DNA from: Candidatus Nomurabacteria bacterium | GTDB lineage: Bacteria > Patescibacteriota > Minisyncoccia > Phycocordibacterales > UBA5272 | Direction of reading: 5' to 3' | Assembly: GCA_040376695.1 (NCBI GenBank) | Contig: JBEIQD010000001.1 | Location: 80,726 to 144,725, forward strand | DNA: 64,000 nt | Part shown: positions 45,314 through 54,584 of the stretch, piece by piece | Layout: each line of letters begins with the position of its first letter | Numbering within the stretch: the first letter of the stretch is position 1 | Made by a program: the position numbers and the translations under genes | The notes under the pieces: model-generated | The model's database searches: none | Seen by the model: only the letters and a program-made list of their open reading frames with translations | Told to the model about the DNA's origin: nothing

Positions 45314-45545
45314 TGTAAAAGTATCTAAAAACCCTTAATAATTAACCCTCAAAGCGCTCTTTTTAGCTTTGTCACTCAATCCTACACTTCTGTAGTGGTA
45401 AAAGCAATGAAATATACCACACTAAAGCTGTTGAGGAAGTGGATAACTTTTTAGTCGTTTTTAGAAGGTTATTACCTATCCCCTCTTTTCCAAAGGATTG
45501 AAATGTGGTAGTATTATTGTCATCGTTAGTTACACAAACGAATAA

Positions 45546-45618
45546 GGGCCCTTAGCTCATTTGGTAGAGCGCCGGTTTTGCACTCCGGAGGTGAGGAGTT
45601 CGATTCTCCTAGGGTCCA
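45546..45618 (+). tRNA. tRNA-Ala (anticodon UGC); CCA not encoded
   Basis: GGGCCCT TA GCTC ATTTGGTA GAGC G CCGGT TTTGCAC TCCGG AGGTG AGGAG TTCGATT CTCCT AGGGTCC A. The G3:U70 alanine identity pair is present. U31-U39 mismatch. Confidence 0.85.
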
Positions 45619-45622
45619 CAGT

Positions 45623-45662
45623 AAACAAAAAGACCAGTCCAATTGACTGGTCTTTTTGTTTG
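45623..45662 (+). terminator. intrinsic terminator aaagaccagtc-caattg-actggtcttttt
   Basis: 11-bp stem plus T5. Confidence 0.6.
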
Positions 45663-45717
45663 TCTTGTTTTATAGAAAGGAGTATCCTTTTATATAGACC
45701 AACACAAGGAGTACAGA

Positions 45718-46209
45718 ATGGACGCAATAAATACGGAAGTTGGGCTGTGGGTAGATCTTTTAAAAGAAGGACAAGCACGGGCATGCGTAACTCTTTCGGA
45801 AACAGAAGAAGCTTATACCGTTCACATGTTGCAACGATTCATACTTGACCCAGAGCTAACCAACACAACGCTTGCTTTGGGGTATCTCGAAAACCAAAAC
45901 GAAAGTAACGCTAAAAAGTATGGCAACCTCTGGCACACAGCTGATGCTGGGCTGCTCATGGCAGGACTGTTCCCCGAGCGTGCTCGGAGGAAGAATGTAC
46001 CCGTCTCGTACCTTACAGGCATGAGCCAGGTTTGTTTTCTGAGTCTCGCTCAGCTCTGTGACAAAATAAAACGCCCACTTGAAGCTAAAGAATACCGAGA
46101 AATTGCTACCGGTGTTGAACGTGTTGCCTGTGTGCTTTATTGCTCACGAAGAAAGAACTCTACTGTCCATGAACTCTTACAGCTTCCTATGGGAAGTTTC
46201 CTTCATTGA
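45718..46209 (+). CDS. hypothetical protein (higher GC than neighbours), immediately downstream of tRNA-Ala
   Basis: 163-aa ORF. No motif recognised. Confidence 0.4.
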   Translation: MDAINTEVGLWVDLLKEGQARACVTLSETEEAYTVHMLQRFILDPELTNTTLALGYLENQNESNAKKYGNLWHTADAGLLMAGLFPERARRKNVPVSYLTGMSQVCFLSLAQLCDKIKRPLEAKEYREIATGVERVACVLYCSRRKNSTVHELLQLPMGSFLH

Positions 46210-46226
46210 AGCCCTCTCGGGCTTTT

Positions 46227-47885
46227 TTATTTTGTATCAATATGACTCCAAGCAAACTTCTTATCTCCATACACTTTCTTTCCTGGATTTAATATATGAA
46301 GTGGGTCAAAAATATCTTTTGTCTTTTCAAACAACTTAATTACCTCAGATGAAAACATTTGAGAAAGATACGCTGTACGAAGTAGCCCGTCGTTGTGCTC
46401 TCCAGACATTGATCCATCATACTCGAATACAAGTGCGTATACTTCATCCATAAGCTTGTGAAGCGTGTCTACAATTCCCTCTTTATGAATATCAATGAGC
46501 GGAATGATGTGGAAGTTTGCGTCTCCCATATGCCCTGCCACTGTGTAGATGAGATCATATTTTGAAAAAATAACTTCGAGTTTAGGAAGAAACTCTGGAA
46601 GATCTTTCGTGTGTACAACAATATCATCGATAGTTGGAGCTGTTCTGTATCCTTGGAGTTTTTGACGAAGGAGATTAAAGCTCTCACGGCGAAACGTCCA
46701 ATATTTCTTCGACTCACTTTGAGAATGCGTCATTTTAATAGGAAGATTAAATTTCTGCATATCTTCGTACGCAGCTTTTACTTGTTGTTCAACTGATTCT
46801 TCGGTATCCCCTGCAAATTCTGCCATAAGAATTATCTTTGGAACTCCACCAGTAAGCGCCATCCAAAACTCTGGTAGAAATTGTAATCCAAGTGTAAACA
46901 TATTGCCGCCCATACGAATAGCGATGTCTTTAAAGAATTTGATAGCTATTTTAAACGTGTGATCATCATAGGACTCAAGTGTTTCAGGTTTATGTTCCAG
47001 TAACTTTGGAATTATTTCTCCTAGTTGTGTCGTAGATGGCACAAACATCACAAGCATTCTTGAATGTGTCTGCGGTTTAACACCGGTTAAGGTAGCAGAG
47101 CTGACACAGGCAAGTGTGCTCTGACTTCCAACAACTAACTTTGAAAGATCTAGGGTTTCTGTGGCCTTATCATACACATTCCATAAATAATACCCTGAAG
47201 AATTTTTTGTTACGGTTGGTTTTGCCTTCTGTAGTAGGTCATAGTTTTCTTTAACAAGCGCCAAAACTTCTCTGTGAATGCGCCCACTTTCGGTTTGTTC
47301 TTCTAGTTTTGCTGCGAGCTTTTCCTCACGAAGCGCCATCAAGGTATCTTCTTCTCCGTTCGCAAAGACAACTGAGAGAGATTGAACGTATTTTTCTGTC
47401 TTTCCATACGTAAGCGTTTTTTCTCCTCCTGAGTTATTGGAGACAATACCTCCAATTGCAGCAAGTTCGCGAGACGCTGGATAGCTTGGCATAAGCCAGC
47501 CCTTAGCTAGGGTTTCTTTTTCAAAATCTCTGTAATATACCCCAGGTTCTGCTACAGCTTCTGTTTCTGTGGTAGAAAGTACATGGTTCATGTACTTAGT
47601 AGTGTCGACCACAATTGATTCTGAGAGTGGCCCACCGGTCATACAGGTTCCCGCGGCGCGCATAGTAACTGATATGTCTATGCCTTCAGATTTTTTTATA
47701 TGCACATATGTAACAAGCTTTACTATATCTTCTTTATTTTGTGGATACACAACGATTTGAGGTTTGAGATAAAAAAGACTCGTATCTCGCGCTACTTTTT
47801 CACGATCAACATCCAATACTGAAACATCCCCTGTAATTCTTGTTCGTAAGTCTTTAGCAATATCCGTGTAGAGAGTGTCATTCAT
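46227..47885 (-). CDS. FAD-linked oxidase (GlcD / D-lactate dehydrogenase-like; FAD_binding_4 plus FAD-oxidase C-terminal domain)
   Basis: ...PQIVVYPQNKEDIVKLVTYV...RAAGTCMTGGPLSESIVVD (FAD-binding), C-terminal ...HNDGLLRTAYL...FDPLHILNPGK. Confidence 0.75.
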   Translation of the reverse strand: MNDTLYTDIAKDLRTRITGDVSVLDVDREKVARDTSLFYLKPQIVVYPQNKEDIVKLVTYVHIKKSEGIDISVTMRAAGTCMTGGPLSESIVVDTTKYMNHVLSTTETEAVAEPGVYYRDFEKETLAKGWLMPSYPASRELAAIGGIVSNNSGGEKTLTYGKTEKYVQSLSVVFANGEEDTLMALREEKLAAKLEEQTESGRIHREVLALVKENYDLLQKAKPTVTKNSSGYYLWNVYDKATETLDLSKLVVGSQSTLACVSSATLTGVKPQTHSRMLVMFVPSTTQLGEIIPKLLEHKPETLESYDDHTFKIAIKFFKDIAIRMGGNMFTLGLQFLPEFWMALTGGVPKIILMAEFAGDTEESVEQQVKAAYEDMQKFNLPIKMTHSQSESKKYWTFRRESFNLLRQKLQGYRTAPTIDDIVVHTKDLPEFLPKLEVIFSKYDLIYTVAGHMGDANFHIIPLIDIHKEGIVDTLHKLMDEVYALVFEYDGSMSGEHNDGLLRTAYLSQMFSSEVIKLFEKTKDIFDPLHILNPGKKVYGDKKFAWSHIDTK

Positions 47886-47900
47886 ACAAAAAGTATAACA

Positions 47901-48509
47901 TTAGTTGCCTTTGGAAATACTTGCTGCTTTTCGCTCAAGCTCAGTAGCTGTGCGTATATATCTTTCATTTCCTTGTGGAACAGTAGAAGTATGTTTACTG
48001 TCATATATATCTTCTGCGATATCCCACAAATCTCTTTCTTCTGTTATCCATTTTTCACCAAATTTCTTCATAGAAATGATTTTAGAATACCCTTGCATAG
48101 TTTTCTTTCCATTTTTAACAAGAAAATATTCATTAAAATAGGACATAGCTAATTCACGTACTGTTAAGTAGACAGGGTCACGATACTGCAACACAGCATG
48201 ATTTGTTTTGCTGATTGCTCCCCAATAGCCATTTTCTTTAAACAAAGCAACTATATGATCATCATCTTCTTTATCTACTTTAAGATTCAGAAGTAGAGGT
48301 TTTCTTCCTTGTAACATAAGCGCTGTTGCCGCAAACATTGCCCCTTCTATACAATGAGCCTTCTTCTCCTGAAGTACACGTCGCGGAGACATGCATGTTT
48401 CACCCCTCTTTTCAAAATTAAAAGAAATTGAATCTAAGTAATCTTGTATCTTAGATGGGGTATTTAATTTTTTAAAGAAATCTTCCTCAGATTTCGTAAG
48501 TCGCAACAT
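47901..48509 (-). CDS. hypothetical protein with papain/transglutaminase-like Cys-His arrangement
   Basis: KAHCIEGAMFAATALML...DDDHIVALF...: candidate catalytic Cys and His in the spacing typical of transglutaminase-like cysteine peptidases. Weak. Confidence 0.35.
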   Translation of the reverse strand: MLRLTKSEEDFFKKLNTPSKIQDYLDSISFNFEKRGETCMSPRRVLQEKKAHCIEGAMFAATALMLQGRKPLLLNLKVDKEDDDHIVALFKENGYWGAISKTNHAVLQYRDPVYLTVRELAMSYFNEYFLVKNGKKTMQGYSKIISMKKFGEKWITEERDLWDIAEDIYDSKHTSTVPQGNERYIRTATELERKAASISKGN

Positions 48510-48543
48510 ACAAGAAGTATATCAAGACTTACTATGTTCTTGG

Positions 48544-49089
48544 TTATCTTTTAGATACTCGAAAGATAAACCTGTAATCAGACTCAGAAATAGTTTTCTT
48601 AGATTCTCGTTCTGGACGTACAGCAACAAGCGTAATTGCTTCTGTTTCTGTCGTAATAGTTCCACCAAGTGCAATTGTTTCAGTAGCTGTGCCCATACCG
48701 CTTTCAATCTTTATCTTAACTTTTACAGTTCCTGCCTGGATACACTGCACATCTATCGGACAACGACTATCTTCTACAATTGATAGCACGGTAATCTTTT
48801 CCGCCACTGGAATAATTTGTATATTTAATTTTGCCTCAATAGTTACAGCGTCCTTTGGTGTAGACGTTGAGGTTGGAATTGGGCATACAAATTGACAATT
48901 AGGTCCAGATCTCCCTACCCATGATCCATCAGAGCACTGTTTAGCATCCATAGTACACATCACTTCTCCTGTAGGTTCACCTTTTACAACTGAAGAAGCT
49001 TTTTGTGAAAAGTTCCAAGCTCCGTATGCAAGAAGAGCTAACACTGCCACACCTATAATTGCTAACACTATGTTTTTATTTGAGTTCAT
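48544..49089 (-). CDS. hypothetical secreted protein
   Basis: Signal peptide, Cys-containing, 181 aa. Confidence 0.4.
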   Translation of the reverse strand: MNSNKNIVLAIIGVAVLALLAYGAWNFSQKASSVVKGEPTGEVMCTMDAKQCSDGSWVGRSGPNCQFVCPIPTSTSTPKDAVTIEAKLNIQIIPVAEKITVLSIVEDSRCPIDVQCIQAGTVKVKIKIESGMGTATETIALGGTITTETEAITLVAVRPERESKKTISESDYRFIFRVSKR

Positions 49090-49182
49090 GGTTTTTAGTT
49101 ATTAGTAATGACGTTATAGATAAAGTATATCTTACACATATAAAATTCCCCACATGTGGGGAATTTTATAACCAAGGGGTTG

Positions 49183-49734
49183 CTAGTTCATGTTGTAATG
49201 ACGCACATCCACTGCTCCATGGTTCATAAACACATCTTCAGTGCTTGTAGGAGTTCCTCGTGCAATGACGAGCACATCTCCGCGTCGTACATGGTCTTCA
49301 TAGAGTTGCACGTCCTGCTTTTCGATACCAAGATTAGTAAGTGCTCCGATTAGTCCACCAGCAGCAGCTCCTGTGGCCGCTCCAGCAACCGCAGTTGCGG
49401 CTACTCCAGTAAAACCAAGTGCGGCAGCCAAAGGCCCTGCAACTATTAGTGTCCCAAGTCCTGGAAGCACTCCATTCGCAACAACGAGACCTGCGATACC
49501 TCCGATAATAGCCCCAGTTGTTGCTCCAGTAGCTGCACCTTGACCGATCTTATCTCCAGACTGTCCATCTGTAATGGTACCTTTATCATTTATATATACA
49601 TATGATAGGTCAGATTCGTTTACACCAAACTGGCGAAGTTCATTAAGGGCACTTTCCGCAGAAGCGTGAGTTGTAAATACTCCAATTGTTGTAATCATAG
49701 TGTGTATAGTTAGTTTGTCCGTTAATTCCCACAT
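49183..49734 (-). CDS. general-stress-protein-like (YflT/DUF1269-type N-domain plus glycine-zipper C-domain)
   Basis: MITTIGVFTTHASAESALNELRQFGVNESDLSYVY..., then GAATGATTGAIIGGIAGLVVANG... Gly-zipper. Confidence 0.45.
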   Translation of the reverse strand: MWELTDKLTIHTMITTIGVFTTHASAESALNELRQFGVNESDLSYVYINDKGTITDGQSGDKIGQGAATGATTGAIIGGIAGLVVANGVLPGLGTLIVAGPLAAALGFTGVAATAVAGAATGAAAGGLIGALTNLGIEKQDVQLYEDHVRRGDVLVIARGTPTSTEDVFMNHGAVDVRHYNMN

Positions 49735-49776
49735 ACGTGAGGTATATCTATGTAGACGTTCCTTCTATACTTTTAC

Positions 49777-50373
49777 TTACACCGCATTTGAGACATTTGT
49801 TAAAAGAAGCGCCATAGTAAGATCCCCAAGAAGCAGGAAAACAGCAAATTGCCGATATGAATATCCACTCACCGCAAGTAGGGCGAGAATAATATCATTT
49901 GGGAATGGAGCAAAAGCGGTGTATGAAAAAATCATTACATACACAATCCAACTCGGCGTGACGTACAGCCATTTCCAAATTTTTCTAAACACATGCTCCC
50001 ATTTTTTTGTAATATCCACCAATATGTGTCGTACTTTTGTTATAACAAAATAAAATAATGAGTCACTTATAAAAAGACCAATTCCTCCTATTACACCTAG
50101 AACAAGTGGATTAACCCCGCCGTGCGCCAAAGCAACAAGAGCGGCATACAGCGATGTTCCCGTGATAGAAGAAAAACCTCCTATAACAGCCAACATAAAT
50201 GCTGCGAAATATGTATTCTCTATTCCAATGTCATTCACCAATTCATCTACGGGATAAAAATGAAAGAATAGTGCCCATCCAATCAAAACAAGAAGAACAA
50301 GAGCGATAACGCCATAGAATTTTTTCTTTTTATCCAGCTTGTACATGTCTATACTGACGCCAGCGAAAGACAA
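49777..50373 (-). CDS. hypothetical polytopic membrane protein
   Basis: 198 aa, 5-6 TM. Confidence 0.4.
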   Translation of the reverse strand: MSFAGVSIDMYKLDKKKKFYGVIALVLLVLIGWALFFHFYPVDELVNDIGIENTYFAAFMLAVIGGFSSITGTSLYAALVALAHGGVNPLVLGVIGGIGLFISDSLFYFVITKVRHILVDITKKWEHVFRKIWKWLYVTPSWIVYVMIFSYTAFAPFPNDIILALLAVSGYSYRQFAVFLLLGDLTMALLLTNVSNAV

Positions 50374-50376
50374 TAC

Positions 50377-50883
50377 TTACAGAGATGATTTTTCTGCTGC
50401 TTCAATTTTTCTATTTTCAGCTGTCCAACCAATCATGTTCACAAGTATCTGCACTGCAGTAGCAACTCCTGAAATCGCGAGAATAAGAATTGGTAGCCAT
50501 AGTAACTCAGTTGCGATAAAGTACCCGTAGGTTACAAAAAGCGCAGCCCAAATGCTGAAACACCAAGGACAGATGAGAAGCTCATATGCAGTACGTAGCG
50601 GACCACTGGTTCGTTCTACTTTTGTGAAGTACGTAATTCCTTCCTGAGAATAACTTTCTTCTGCATGCTGAAACATGTCACGCAAGAATCGAGTTATCTT
50701 GTCATATACAAATAGTCGAGTAAGGCGAAATGTAGCAAGCACAATAAGAATAAGATCAAACAAAGGAATAGCTGTGGGTAATTGTCCGTTTACACGATGA
50801 AGCGAATAAATCATTCCAACTGCAACAACTAAAAAGAACCCCGAGAACATAACATTCCAAAAATTTTGATCATCTTTTTTCAT
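50377..50883 (-). CDS. DUF1360-family membrane protein
   Basis: LFDLILIVLATFRLTRLFVYDKITRFLR...LICPWCFSIWAAL matches the DUF1360 pattern. Confidence 0.6.
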   Translation of the reverse strand: MKKDDQNFWNVMFSGFFLVVAVGMIYSLHRVNGQLPTAIPLFDLILIVLATFRLTRLFVYDKITRFLRDMFQHAEESYSQEGITYFTKVERTSGPLRTAYELLICPWCFSIWAALFVTYGYFIATELLWLPILILAISGVATAVQILVNMIGWTAENRKIEAAEKSSL

Positions 50884-50938
50884 ACCTCAAGTATATCATT
50901 TCTCCACTATCCAAAAAAAACACACCCCGAAAGGTGTG

Positions 50939-52063
50939 TTATCTATTTTCTTCATTTCGCTTCTCTTTCAAAGCTTCCAAAACTGAATGAACTTTCTGCA
51001 GTGCTACAATCCGAGCTTTACGCTCATGTTTAACCACATACATAGCGGTATCGGCGCGCTTAATCAGATCACCATAATCCTGCAAAGCAAGATCAATTTC
51101 AGACTGAACATCAACCCCACTTACAATGCCTGATAGTTCCGTAACCACAATTTCGTCCTTGGTTTTTTCAGGTACAGCTCTTAAGTCTTCTGACTCAAGA
51201 ACAGCAACACCTAAAGAAGCTGACGGAACAATAGTTACCCCTTCTGCGGGAGTAAACACTACCTTGCTAAGGAAAAGTTCAATCCTAGAAGCAATCTCAA
51301 AAGCCTCTTTTTCCGTTGTTTCAGGCAGCACCACAATAAACTCATCCCCTAAGCGAACGATGAAGTCTACTGTACGTATAGCGTGACGGATTGCTTTTTC
51401 AATTTTGCCTAACAGGATATCAGCCACAGGGTGCCCGAAGTTGGTGTTAACAAGCTTGAAACCATCCAGGTCTGCAAAGATACACGCTGTGGGAGTTTTG
51501 TGTCTTTTGGCACGATTCCACACGGGAACCCACAAATTATTCCCACCTCGACGTGTATGTGCGTCAGTAATGGTGTCAGTGTCTGTTTCTTCCATTCCTC
51601 TCAATCTTCGTTCGGCTCCTGCGATGTGCTCAATAAATAATCCAGTCAGGTTGTAATGATTTTTTGTAGCTTCTGCTTTCTTAACAGGGGCTCCTTTTTT
51701 CGCTTTTTTAACCCCTTTTCCTTTCGTGAAATAAGTAGCGCCCATGCGGACAGCTCGTGTAAGTAAGCAGTGATCGTTGTCAGCAGTAACCAACATAAAC
51801 TCAATTGGAAACCGTGTAATTTCCTTTAGCTCAACTATCAGCTGCAGCCCAGTGATTTTTGGTAAATACTGTTCAACGAGGAAGATCGCTGGGCCCAACA
51901 AATCATTAACAATATCTCTTGCCTCACGTTGTGAACTTGCTATCAGTACAGCATATCCTTCACTTTCAATGAGTGGTTTTGCTAACTGCAGGTAGTCGTC
52001 ATTGGTATCAACCAGGACGACTGTGGGTTTGACCCACTTCCTCATCCTTGTCGACATAATCAT
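50939..52063 (-). CDS. response-regulator-like protein: pseudo-receiver (Asp to Glu at phospho-acceptor) plus degenerate GGDEF domain retaining the RxxD I-site
   Basis: REC: VVLVDTNDD...PAIFLVEQYLP (E where D54 is expected), ...FMLVTADND...YFTKG. GGDEF region: ...FADLDGFKLVNTNFGHPVADILL...RTVDFIVRLGDEF-IVVLP (RYGGDEF reduced to RLGDEF; RTVD matches RxxD). Confidence 0.7.
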   Translation of the reverse strand: MIMSTRMRKWVKPTVVLVDTNDDYLQLAKPLIESEGYAVLIASSQREARDIVNDLLGPAIFLVEQYLPKITGLQLIVELKEITRFPIEFMLVTADNDHCLLTRAVRMGATYFTKGKGVKKAKKGAPVKKAEATKNHYNLTGLFIEHIAGAERRLRGMEETDTDTITDAHTRRGGNNLWVPVWNRAKRHKTPTACIFADLDGFKLVNTNFGHPVADILLGKIEKAIRHAIRTVDFIVRLGDEFIVVLPETTEKEAFEIASRIELFLSKVVFTPAEGVTIVPSASLGVAVLESEDLRAVPEKTKDEIVVTELSGIVSGVDVQSEIDLALQDYGDLIKRADTAMYVVKHERKARIVALQKVHSVLEALKEKRNEENR

Positions 52064-52156
52064 GACGTACTCCTTTGATGTGTATGAAATTCAATGAACA
52101 GCGTATGACCCATTTCTACAACAAAATAGCGCTAATGTCAATCATTGCTACTATGC

Positions 52157-52957
52157 CTACACTTGTAGAGCCGGATTATTTACAAAATAGTTACACCACT
52201 CTTTATATTCTTTACTTGGAAGCGCATGAGTGAAATAAAATCCTTGTACCACTTGGCACTCCATTTCTTTTAGTAATGCAAGCTGCTCTTCTGTTTCAAC
52301 CCCTTCTGCCACAATATCAATATCAAGCGCTCGAGCAAGGAGAATAATCGAATACATAATCTTCGTGTCTCGCTCGCTCTTCAAACTTTGCTGAATAAAC
52401 TGCCCATCAATCTTAAGTCCGTCCACAGGAAACTGTCGTAGATGGCTTAAATTCGCAAATCCTGCACCGAAGTCATCAATAATAATCCGCACACCAAGTT
52501 CTTTTAGTTCTAAAAGTGTTTTCCTTGTTGCTTCTGGGTCGTCCAGCGCCATGCTTTCAGTAATCTCAAGCTCCAAATCATGTGGATCTAAACCCGACTC
52601 AACCAACACGTGTGCAACCTTCTTTGAAAAATCTCTGTCCGTTAATTGCACAAGTGAAAGGTTCACCGTCACCTTGAAAAAGGCATACCCTTCATCTTTC
52701 CATTTCTTACTCTGCATACAGCTTTCACGCAAAACAAAATAACCGAGCTGGACAATTGCTCCTGTTTTTTCTGCAGTTGTTATAAAACTATTTGGATGAA
52801 GAAGCCCCAACTGCGGATGATTCCACCGCACGAGCGCTTCGCCTGAAATAATTGTATTCTTTTCTTTGTCTATAATTGGTTGGTAATAGACTTCAAATTG
52901 TCTCAACTCTACAGCTTGTAATATATCTTTCTTAGAAAAAGTATCTTTTGACTTCAT
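52157..52957 (-). CDS. EAL-domain c-di-GMP phosphodiesterase
   Basis: YYQPII...EALVRW..., ELEITES, DDFGAGFANLSHL, GLKIDGQFIQ, IVAEGVETEEQ: full complement of EAL catalytic motifs. Confidence 0.85.
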   Translation of the reverse strand: MKSKDTFSKKDILQAVELRQFEVYYQPIIDKEKNTIISGEALVRWNHPQLGLLHPNSFITTAEKTGAIVQLGYFVLRESCMQSKKWKDEGYAFFKVTVNLSLVQLTDRDFSKKVAHVLVESGLDPHDLELEITESMALDDPEATRKTLLELKELGVRIIIDDFGAGFANLSHLRQFPVDGLKIDGQFIQQSLKSERDTKIMYSIILLARALDIDIVAEGVETEEQLALLKEMECQVVQGFYFTHALPSKEYKEWCNYFVNNPALQV

Positions 52958-53082
52958 GTGTATTGTTAACTAAATAAGGGCATTAAGAAAACTCCGGTTC
53001 GCAAATTTCCTTGTTTTCTCTGTTCTATATATAGCATGACGCGCCATAAACATAATTCTTACTAATCTATAAAGAAAATTCC

Positions 53083-53817
53083 TTAAATAATATCCTTGTG
53101 CAAAAGAGCATCCTCTTTTGGGTGAGTTCTATTATCTCGAGTAAAGCTTTTCTTAAAGTGCTGCCAAAAGACCCCTCTGTGTTCAATTATTTCAAATACA
53201 AGGACAATACCCAAAGCAAGCACCGCTCCCACAGCAGCAACCGCAAGGTCTTTAGTGGTATCGAACGGATCATTTCCTCCAATAAATAAATATCCCGCCG
53301 CTTCACCATACTGAAGCACAGTCACCCATTCGAATACTTCATAGAGCGCACCAAGTGCAAGAATCATACTAAATGGCATACTGTATGCCCAAAATCCTTT
53401 CATCTTTGCTATACGGAGACAGAGTTCTCGCAATGGATACACAATAAGAAAGCCAAATGAAAAGTGAACCAACTTATCATACATGTTGCCGCCGAGACCA
53501 GAAACTTCACTTAAGGTGAACCCAAATGGTACTGACCCGTAGTTATAGTGCGCCCCCATCAGATGAAGAATAAAGAATAGAGTAATAAGAGATAGTGAAA
53601 GTTTTGAAAAGCGAATATAGCGAATTAGTAAAAGGTAAATAATAGGAATAAACAAAAGCACCATCTTATTTTCTAAAAACCAATTAGTAGGACTTGCAGG
53701 GTCCCATACTGACCACGCCCATACACCTAAAAATAACGTGAGCAAAAAGTGCACATAGTACTTACCAACATATACAGATACCTCTTTCATATTTCTTATA
53801 GACGAATTAGAAACCAC
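53083..53817 (-). CDS. YjdF/DUF2238-like membrane protein
   Basis: ...NMYDKLVHFSFGFLIVYPL...YEVFEWVTVL... motifs and 6 TM, as I recall for DUF2238. Confidence 0.45.
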   Translation of the reverse strand: MVSNSSIRNMKEVSVYVGKYYVHFLLTLFLGVWAWSVWDPASPTNWFLENKMVLLFIPIIYLLLIRYIRFSKLSLSLITLFFILHLMGAHYNYGSVPFGFTLSEVSGLGGNMYDKLVHFSFGFLIVYPLRELCLRIAKMKGFWAYSMPFSMILALGALYEVFEWVTVLQYGEAAGYLFIGGNDPFDTTKDLAVAAVGAVLALGIVLVFEIIEHRGVFWQHFKKSFTRDNRTHPKEDALLHKDII

Positions 53818-53821
53818 TATA

Positions 53822-54079
53822 TTACAAGGCTCTCCTTCTAGGCCTACTCATTGTTGCTATGTAGAGTTCTTCTACCTTTTGTCGCGCCCATGGTGTTTTC
53901 CTGAGAAAAGCCAAACTAGAAGAAATGCTCGGGTTGTTCAAGAAGCACTTAATCTTGATCTCTGCACCAAGTTCTGCCCATCCATACTCTTCTACCAAAA
54001 ACTCAACGACAGACTGGAGAGTCTTTCCGTACAACGGGTCGTTAGGATGTTCATTCATGCATCTCAGTATATCAGACAC
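53822..54079 (-). CDS. VF530-family (DUF2132) protein
   Basis: PLYGKTLQSVVEFLVEEYGWAELGAEIKIKCF..NPSISSSLAFLRKTPWARQKVEELY: strong match to the VF530 pattern. Confidence 0.7.
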   Translation of the reverse strand: MSDILRCMNEHPNDPLYGKTLQSVVEFLVEEYGWAELGAEIKIKCFLNNPSISSSLAFLRKTPWARQKVEELYIATMSRPRRRAL

Positions 54080-54124
54080 GGTTAACCCATAGACGATTCT
54101 TCTTGTAAGGAATATACTTTATAT

Positions 54125-54580
54125 ATGAACACAACAACTACTATCACCGGAGAATTAGCTTCAATTAACCAACCCCTTGGAGTCGTTAGTACAAATAACA
54201 AGGATGGTAATCCGCAATCAGCAAGCGTGTACTACATTAACGATGAGAACCTTAACATCTTTTTTGTTACTCGTTCAGAAAGTCGTAAGTATAAAAATAT
54301 ACAAAACAATCCTCATGTTGCTTTCACTATCACAAGTGAACACCCTCCTAAGACAATTCAACTTGAAGGCACAGCCGCTGAAGTGATGGACCCAACCGAA
54401 CAAAGTAATTATTTCGACAAACTCGTTGCAAAAGCAACTGAAAGTAATTTTATGCCTCCAGTGAGCCAGATGGTAACTGGCGAAATGGTATTTATGAAAA
54501 TTACCACAACGTGGGCACGCTGTGGTAATTTCGAAGTAATGAAGGAAGGAGAAAAGTTTGTAGAAACTACCCTACAGTAA
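54125..54580 (+). CDS. pyridoxamine 5'-phosphate oxidase-like FMN-binding split-barrel protein
   Basis: ...LGVVSTNNKDGNPQSASVYYINDENLNIFFVTRSESRKYKNIQNNPHVAF: PNPOx-like family pattern. Confidence 0.65.
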   Translation: MNTTTTITGELASINQPLGVVSTNNKDGNPQSASVYYINDENLNIFFVTRSESRKYKNIQNNPHVAFTITSEHPPKTIQLEGTAAEVMDPTEQSNYFDKLVAKATESNFMPPVSQMVTGEMVFMKITTTWARCGNFEVMKEGEKFVETTLQ

Positions 54581-54584
54581 TTCT

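Noticed and set aside
42562-45338. Long ORFs on the + strand (43578..43931, 44010..44762, 44778..45071, 45126..45338) and small minus ORFs inside the 981-aa gene
   Set aside because: They lie antisense to or in alternate frames of a gene with strongly biased Thr/Ser/Gly/Val codon usage. They have no RBS and look like open-frame artefacts.
45718-45760. gaagttgggctgtgggtag at the start of ORF 45718 resembles the island repeat core (gggctgtggg / gaagttgg)
   Set aside because: The motif order is scrambled relative to the repeat and it lies inside a coding start. Most likely coincidence. No tRNA-Ala 3'-end duplicate was found downstream.
45557-45848. ORFs 45557..45784 (-) and 45561..45848 (+)
   Set aside because: They overlap the tRNA-Ala gene and its terminator.
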